Assembly: GCA_946965045.2 (NCBI GenBank)
Contig: OX337229.1
Span: forward strand, 186,001 to 250,000
Source: Epithemia pelagica
Taxonomy: Eukaryota > Protista > Bacillariophyta
Direction of reading: 5' to 3'
DNA length: 64,000 bases
Each line of letters starts with the position of its first letter. Position 1 is the stretch's first letter. Below the pieces are notes generated by a model that made no database searches, was not told where the DNA came from, and was given only the letters and a program-made list of their open reading frames with translations. The position numbers and the translations under genes were made by a program. Positions 57,261 to 64,000 of the stretch are shown piece by piece.

Positions 57261-58784
57261 TTACTTGTCAAGACTTTTCCCTTCTTTCTCAAGACTTTTC
57301 CCTTCTTTCTCCACGAACACCCCTTCATAGTACTGAACAGCCTCTTTGCTCCATTGATAATTGTGTCCCAGAGGATCCTGGGTATTGTGCTTGTCAAAGT
57401 TGAAAAAGACAATCTTGTCCTTGATTTGGTCACAAATCCGACATTGTCGATCGCCGTTGAGACCCAAGGGCACCGGATGATTCGATTTACCGCGATAGAA
57501 TAATCTCCTGTACCAAAGCGCAATTTCTTGGGCCTCGGTCCAGTTAAAACTACGATCGTCCTTTACGAAACCGTCCTGACGAATCCGATTGGGTCGATCC
57601 TTGTCGGCACCCAAGGTCGTGTTGGAGGGAACCGTTTTGGAACGGATAAATCCCCATGGTTACGAACCGACCAACGCACCAAATGAGGCATGCGAAAAAA
57701 CAAGTTGCGATACAGCACCGGCATGAAATTGTGCCGATACAGGTATGTTCGATAGGTCAAAGCAATGTCTGTGTTGCTATACAAGACATGGACTTTGGAT
57801 CGCGCCAGAGCGGCAATGTCCCTGCCCGCGTTGGTCATGAAATCAAAGTGTGGTCCCACAGCAGAACTATTCGTAGGATCGGCCGCAAGTCTAGACTCCG
57901 CCTGGATCGAAAGGCCCGTTTGAAACGATGTTGGACGAGGAATCAACGTTCTTTGTGAGGAGTTGTTGGAATCGTTGAGAGCCGTATCGAAAATGTCTTG
58001 ACGCACGTCGTCCGCTGCGACCATGAAAATGTGATCAAAGACTGGAGCGCAATCATCATTATTGTTGTCTCGATGCGATTGATCCAGGCCTTGCAACACA
58101 TAATTGCCCATGCTATGACACATGAGACACTTGTTGGTTGGACCAAACTGTGCCAGCAACTTCGAGAGTCCGCCAAAGGAATGCGCCAAGCGCTGTCCGG
58201 CGAGCGGTGCCAAGGTTTCGCGATCCTCATAATAGTCCAGGGCCGATTGCGTCGTATCCCAAATGACAGGAATGACATTGTGTATGCTCGATTCGGTCGG
58301 GCATTGTATTCCGCAGCCTTGTTCAGGGTCGCTTCCGGAGGGACTGTAAAGCCATGAATGTACAACAAGATTGGACGATTGTTTGTGCTGTCCTCATCAT
58401 TTAGGCGACGGATAATTTCCGTCGCATTTCCATCATTGTCGCCAGAAAACAAGACCTGGCCTTGAAATTCAGGAACAGGCGAGCGAGGAGAGTCCTTGTT
58501 TTCTTTCTTCGTGGGTTCTGGGAATTCCAAGATACAGGGATAGTCCAAACTTTTGGAATTGCTAGAAAAGGTGACGATATTGGAGGCATGCCGTTCTCCC
58601 ACACCCACCACGACATAAGGCAAATACCAGTTTGCCGGATCGGTTGTATCTCCATGAGTATCGGCGCTCTGGATCCTATTAGTATGGAATGCATTGTCCC
58701 CAGTACCACTCACACCATCATCAGGGCAACGACGGCAGAAAATGGGAACAAACCAATCCAGAGCAAAATCTGTTTCGCATCCAT
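57261..58784 (-). pseudogene. DUF900-like alpha/beta hydrolase, frameshifted copy 2 (inverted relative to copy 1)
   Basis: LLYIHGFTVPPE, CHSMGNY, FMVAADDV, DPLGHNY. Frameshift at gcatacacaatg (~58283) and a further one near 57610. A 21-bp duplication at the 3' end gives EKEGKSLEKEGKSL. Confidence 0.8.
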
Positions 58785-59087
58785 TATGGTTTCTGTGTCG
58801 CTGCTACTTCTTATGACTTCTTTGACCGCTTCTGTCGTTGTGCTTTCGACAACTCCTGGTCACGATCGTTTCTTCATACGGCATCGATATCCCATCTGGA
58901 ATATGGATTCTTGGTATGTTGAAGATTTTGGGATCTTTTTGTTGCCGGGACAGCGTTTTTCTCAGTCGTGTGTGGTCAGTGCTTTTGGATGCCCTCGATA
59001 GATATGCTATCTACCCCAACCAAAACGACCATGCTGAGTATCTGAGCGGCATCGGCTGAACAAAAAAGGCCACCTTCTATATCCACA

Positions 59088-59090
<3 letters not shown>

Positions 59091-59120
<30 letters not shown>
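59091..59120. repeat. (TC)n microsatellite
   Basis: Direct read, about 15 units. Confidence 0.9.
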
Positions 59121-59124
<4 letters not shown>

Positions 59125-59367
59125 CGAACACATGGGCAAAAGAGAGTCCCAGCAGTCCTGCTCGTACTCGATATAATGATTTGGATGGGAACCAAAGATC
59201 CTTTTGTTGTTCTTCAAATAGTTGTTGTTGAAATAGTGTACGGCACACGATGAGAGTCTCCTAGAGAAGTACGTGTGCCTCTTGCGGACATGAGAAACCG
59301 AGTCGTGTACCATGAATAGACTTAAACCGGCTCGTTTCGATCGTTCTATATATGGACTGTGAAAATC

Positions 59368-60786
59368 TCAACAGTAGACATAGGTATGATGTCCCTTGGC
59401 TCGTCTACTTGATCGTTGTCGTCGTTGTCCAGATCCTTGTGATGGCGGTGATGATCTTGGACTTGTGGCGGTGCTGTTGTTGGTGGTGTGATTCTGGGAA
59501 TGAATGGTAGATCCATATCCTCGTCGTCGTTGCCACACGAGAAATGGCCTGGAAGAAGAAGAAGAAGAAGAAGAGGGCCCACCAAATGAGTTCCAAGACG
59601 AGGAAGTAGATGCCGTGGCAGTGGTGGTGACAGTCGCTACGGATCCATTGCCAGACGAAGAAGTGGTTCCAACGGCCGATGGACGTGTCCTGGATCGAGG
59701 AATGACACGATTGTCTTGTTCTTGTTGTGGTTGCTGTTGATGTTGATGATGATGTACGGTCAAAACATTGGGTTGGCCATGACTGGACTGACAAGAGGAT
59801 GGACTGGAGCCATGAGGGCGAACCCACGGGCCACCCATGCGACTGGGGCTTGGGTTTTTGGTGGTGGTCGAGGCGGCAGCGGTGGCATCCGCAACCGAGG
59901 TTGCTTTGGATGTGACCCAAGTACGACACCAATGAGAAGAACCAGCATTAGGTCGACTTGCACAGGAATGCCCCGCAACGGTCCTGTTGCGCCTACGAGA
60001 CGACCCTTGTGAAGGACTAGAAAAAGAAGAAGGTGGACCCCCAGGGCACTGTCGTGGGGAACCATGGCAGCGTCCCATTCGTCGTCGTCCTGGATGTTGT
60101 TGTTGCTTTGCTGGAGGAAACGATGAAACCTGATGTGGCACGGTTGGACTGGGTGATGATGTTGTGGTGGTTGTGGTCGTCATGGTCGTTTCCAAGGTGG
60201 ATTCTGTGCTGGTGATTGTGGAATGATCATTTTCATCATCTTCTTCTTGTGGATCGCTTTCGCTTTCTTTGTCTTCTTCCGGTACACTCGGGGGAAGAAT
60301 GGAAAATGGTGGGAGGACAACAATCTCCGGTTCTTCTTGTGCTTCTGGTGAGTCATTATCAACAACAGGAGCCACGTAAATCTCGGGTTCTTCCAAAGAG
60401 GCCTTGTGGGTTGCTTTTTCTTGTTGTTGTTTTCCAGCAGTGCGAGGAGTCGTCGTCGTCGTTGTTCTTTCTCGTTTCAAATGGAATCGAGCCGGAATCA
60501 CCACCACTGTTGTTCCCCAGGAACCATTCACGTCGACGACGACGATGATGATGATCCTGATCCGCATGAGACACTGTTGTTGGTGTCGTCGAATCATCCA
60601 AAGGTATCCTGTGACTTTCAAAGGTGGACAACACACTATTCGGGGGAACAAAGAGAATTGGATACAACCAAGTTTGTAGCGTAGGTTGATGGATGAGTCG
60701 AGTCGGTGCGCTCCTTCGCCATGGTGGATTGTTGTTGTTTTGGCTTTTGATACTTTTCTGTTGTCCGCAGGAAGAAACATGGCCAT
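59368..60786 (-). CDS. Low-complexity Ser/Thr/Glu-rich ORF, copy 2 (coding status doubtful)
   Basis: 472-aa open frame. The homologous copy at 47941-49352 is broken, and substitutions near the 3' end favour a different frame. Confidence 0.35.
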   Translation of the reverse strand: MAMFLPADNRKVSKAKTTTIHHGEGAHRLDSSINLRYKLGCIQFSLFPRIVCCPPLKVTGYLWMIRRHQQQCLMRIRIIIIVVVDVNGSWGTTVVVIPARFHLKRERTTTTTTPRTAGKQQQEKATHKASLEEPEIYVAPVVDNDSPEAQEEPEIVVLPPFSILPPSVPEEDKESESDPQEEDDENDHSTITSTESTLETTMTTTTTTTSSPSPTVPHQVSSFPPAKQQQHPGRRRMGRCHGSPRQCPGGPPSSFSSPSQGSSRRRNRTVAGHSCASRPNAGSSHWCRTWVTSKATSVADATAAASTTTKNPSPSRMGGPWVRPHGSSPSSCQSSHGQPNVLTVHHHQHQQQPQQEQDNRVIPRSRTRPSAVGTTSSSGNGSVATVTTTATASTSSSWNSFGGPSSSSSSSSRPFLVWQRRRGYGSTIHSQNHTTNNSTATSPRSSPPSQGSGQRRQRSSRRAKGHHTYVYC

Positions 60787-62821
60787 TTTTCAGGGATTGA
60801 TGCCTTGCTCGTATAGGTAGGAAGTTTGTAGTTTGGCTCCAGCATGTGATTGCCTTTTATGTAGGAGTAGGAAGGATCCATGCCGTCGGAACGTTCCTGT
60901 TGTGCCCTTTTGCGGCCATGTGGTGCGGACCCTCGTCTTGGAACTCCGTTGCCCCCGACGGTTGATTGTTGTGTAGTTGCTGCCATCGGCCCTCGAGGTG
61001 CGTTCAACAAACATTGCCCCGACGCGTTCGTATAAACCGACCCCGCTGCCTCGCAATCTCCATGGTCCGATCGCCAAACAACACGAAACGCCAACAACAA
61101 CAACAACACGCGACACGCAACAATCCAACACGCACAAAAACAAAATACGATTGACCAAAAATACGATTGACCATGATGATGTGTGATTGTGATTACTGTT
61201 ACGAAAAGATGATCAGCTCCGAATGGGCTCTGTTAGTTGCTCCTTTTGTGACTCTCATACTGTGTTACGGTGTCGCTGATGTCCTCGATGAGGCGAAACT
61301 TATCGTCCAACACCTGTTTCGGGTCATTTTCAATAAGAAAAGTCGTACTACAAGTAGCGAGCACGCGGAGCTTCGACACGAACATGCGGAGCTTCGACAG
61401 CTTCGACACGACAAAGCTCAGCTTCAACAACAGCTGGCCATTGCCGAAGCAAAGCTTGCTGCGAAGAACTGCAAGAATGGTCGGCAGGAAGATGGAGAGA
61501 TGGAGATTCGCGATCGCGAGGAGGCGGTCGACGTCGACACTGTTGCTGTTCTGCCTTGCGAGTTCGACGCTGACTTGGACTTCCCTCCTCTCGCACTCGC
61601 ACTCGCAGAGGATCTCGAGGACGACGAGGAGACCCCTCCAGTCGACCGTCATGAGCCTGAGCCCGAGCCCTTGCTCATCCCTGACAACGACGACGACGAG
61701 ATCACTTTGGGGCACGACTCACCCCCTCGAAACTCCACCCCTTCTTTCATGGTCGCCAACCCTCCTTCCCCCACCCCCACCCCCACCCAAAAAGATACCT
61801 CGCCCTCGCCTCACATTGACGAGAATGCCCCCCAAAGCGTGATCGAGAGTTCCTCCGGCCCCGAGAACTCCCCGCGTTTGGGTAGGATCCTTACTGTTGC
61901 CTACTCCAACAGGGCACGCCGAATGGTGCACGTTCGACGATCCGCTCGTCTTTTGTCCGCGGGTACGGGTAGTGGTGGAGTTGAAAAAAATCCAAAAAAC
62001 CCAGAAAAAGCAAAAAAATCCAAAAAAACCAGAAAAAGCAAAAAAATCCAAAAAAAAACCAGAAAAATAACTTGTCGGTTGTCGGTTGCCAGTGGTACGT
62101 GCGCACAGTCCTGTCGGATGTGAATCTTTCCTACTCAACCTACTCACTCTACCCCTTCTTCTGTTTCTACCGATTGCTAAATTCTGCTCCTACTCCTACA
62201 TCAGCTGAGTCTAGCTAGAGTCCTTGTCGGAGATGTCCTTGTCGGTGTGACGGTTGTCGGTGTTATTGGGGAAGAGTGCCATAGTTGCCCCTGGAGAATC
62301 CGTTGATTCATCCGCTTCCCTTATTCTAGTGTCGGTTGTCGGTGTTATCACAAAATCCTGGTGGCACGAGGACTTTGTCCTTGTGTCATCAGGTATGGCA
62401 TGGAGACTTCGGTCTCTGTGCCATTGGGGAAGAGTGCCATAGTTGCCCCTGGAGAATCCATTGATTCCTCCGCTTCCCTACCCGCTGTACCTGTGGCCGC
62501 GTTGACGACGCCAGCGGGCTTGCGGGAGAGATGCCATCTCTTCTTACCAAGAGCCACACAAAAGAACTTGCGCCGACACACTATACTCCTACGCATTGAA
62601 AAAGACTAAAAGTTGGAGCATACTTTCAGCAGGACGCGTTCGACAATGAATAATGTTATGGAGGACTACAGCATCTACATATCTTCTTCTTCTTCTTTTT
62701 CTTCCACCGGATGCAGTCTGTCGGATCGGGGTGACTCCCCCCAACACACACACACAAGAAAGGAATCTACCTCGTTTGGTCTCCCATGGTCATGCGCTCG
62801 TGACCATGGAATCGGCCGTAC
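60662..62821 (+). repeat. Element X copy C (uninterrupted)
   Basis: Homologous to copies A and B; contains the empty Harbinger target site. Confidence 0.9.
61173..62123 (+). CDS. Element X ORF, copy C
   Basis: Open frame MMMCDCDY...VRRSARLLSAG...SCRM*. Confidence 0.55.
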   Translation: MMMCDCDYCYEKMISSEWALLVAPFVTLILCYGVADVLDEAKLIVQHLFRVIFNKKSRTTSSEHAELRHEHAELRQLRHDKAQLQQQLAIAEAKLAAKNCKNGRQEDGEMEIRDREEAVDVDTVAVLPCEFDADLDFPPLALALAEDLEDDEETPPVDRHEPEPEPLLIPDNDDDEITLGHDSPPRNSTPSFMVANPPSPTPTPTQKDTSPSPHIDENAPQSVIESSSGPENSPRLGRILTVAYSNRARRMVHVRRSARLLSAGTGSGGVEKNPKNPEKAKKSKKTRKSKKIQKKTRKITCRLSVASGTCAQSCRM

Positions 62822-63081
62822 CATTTCTCTTGGCGTACGATTGTGGCGGGGGGATGTTGCGGTTGTTGTTGTGTTTTGCATGGTACTTCACTCAACGACG
62901 ACAACACGGTCCATGGCAGGACTCTCGGCTGCTCCAGGCTTGGCATGCAGCCAACCGAAACTCGATTCTTCTTGTATGAATTCATGTCTTCATTCTTGTC
63001 TGTCGTCGTCGTGTTAGATTTGATATTCCAATTCTCCCGATTTGAGTTCCATCCATTCTGAATCCGCCCGTCGCAATCGTT

Positions 63082-63918
63082 TCAATTCTTGCGTCTTGGT
63101 GTGAATCGTGGCTTGCAATTGCTGCAATTGCTGTTTGGTAACCAGACCAATTCTTGTTCCAAGACGTAGCCTTGTCGTTCGCCGGGAACGTGTCCCCCGT
63201 GGCCCCGGCTAATTGATAATTCACCAGACTGCCGGCCACACTGGGAGCGTGTTTGGCATACCACGAAGTGCGGGGCAAACTGTTGGTACCGGCTTCCTGG
63301 ACGCGGACCGTTCCATTCCACAGTCCGTCGCGACGCAATGCATTGAGAACGTGCAAATTTTCGGCGGCCAAGGGATTGGCGGTGAAATTTTCGCGTTCCA
63401 ACAAGTGACGATTCAAAATGATCCAAACGTGTTGGACCGGTGGTTCGGGAAGAGCCTGGTACAAAAGCCTTGCTCATGTTGGCCAACCGGGTTTCCTTTT
63501 GACTTTTGCAGGGACGATCATGTTGCATGTCCGGTTGAATCCGGGCATGCAAACACATGTAGCCAGTTGGAGGCGGCGAACCAGCCGCCAATGGTGGTGT
63601 TTCAAGCATGCGAGTCTGGGTGGATTGAATCATTTGTGCCAGGTCCGGGTGCGGTCGAAAGGCGCCGTGCATCAGGGCCAAATCGGCCTTGTGTCGGCCA
63701 TGCTCTTGAGGTTGATTGAAAAGGCCCTTGGTATACTGCTTGTAGGCGACAAAGAGTTTGGTTTGTTTCCCGTAGCCATAGGGCAAGGTGGGATTGTCCG
63801 AATTCATCGGCCACTGACTGTTGGATCGCATGTGAATGGGGGAGGGATGATGAACCACCAACCGAGGCAGAGGTGGTTTGTTGTTTGTAGTGTTGTTGGT
63901 TATACTGTTGGATATCAT
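63082..63918 (-). pseudogene. O-fucosyltransferase-like fragment, copy 2
   Basis: Near-identical to 55736-56591, including the same frameshift. Confidence 0.55.
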
Positions 63919-64000
63919 CGCCGTGGTGCTCGTATATTGTTATTCCAATGCACAACGTCAAACAATCCTGCTGCGGCGCCGTCTGTTGCCACCACAAGGA

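Larger units (their letters stand above)
44960..64000. repeat. Tandem segmental array: unit 1 ~44960-56657 (includes the transposon), unit 2 ~56658-63984, unit 3 starting at ~63985 and running off the window
   Basis: The anchor gttgccaccacaagg occurs at 44960, 56658 and 63985. Each unit carries a membrane-gene fragment, hydrolase pseudogene, low-complexity ORF, element X and O-FucT-like fragment in the same order. Confidence 0.88.

Noticed and set aside
1-64000. rRNA, tRNA, telomeric repeats, LTR/RT domains
   Set aside because: None recognised by eye. tRNAscan-SE, barrnap and RT HMM searches would be needed to exclude them formally.

Overview
Eukaryotic nuclear DNA. The gene families, short GT-AG introns, bipartite plastid presequence and Thr/Asn/Gln-rich low-complexity coding style point to a pennate diatom (inference). 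The first ~46 kb holds mostly single-copy genes: calmodulin-lysine methyltransferase, a PDZ-like protein, an SDR, GPI8 transamidase, archaemetzincin, a GT-like protein and a type I membrane protein. It also holds two damaged COG3899/AAA_16-like STAND ATPases, three tandem secreted double-ABM-barrel proteins with GPI-type tails interrupted by a Crinkler/RHS-type NTPase+REase gene, and a secreted Met/His/Asp-repeat protein ending in a bacterial tail-fibre-like domain. From ~45 kb to the end is a tandem array of ~7.3-7.7 kb units made of pseudogenised fragments. One unit carries a complete 3,973-bp PIF/Harbinger transposon (13-bp TIRs, CAG TSD, empty site visible in the other copies). A 2.2-kb segment of that unit, encoding an RRSARL-motif protein, also occurs inverted at 8.2-10.4 kb, inserted into the end of a gene. 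No rRNA, tRNA or CRISPR was found. All family assignments come from motif recognition by eye, not from database searches.
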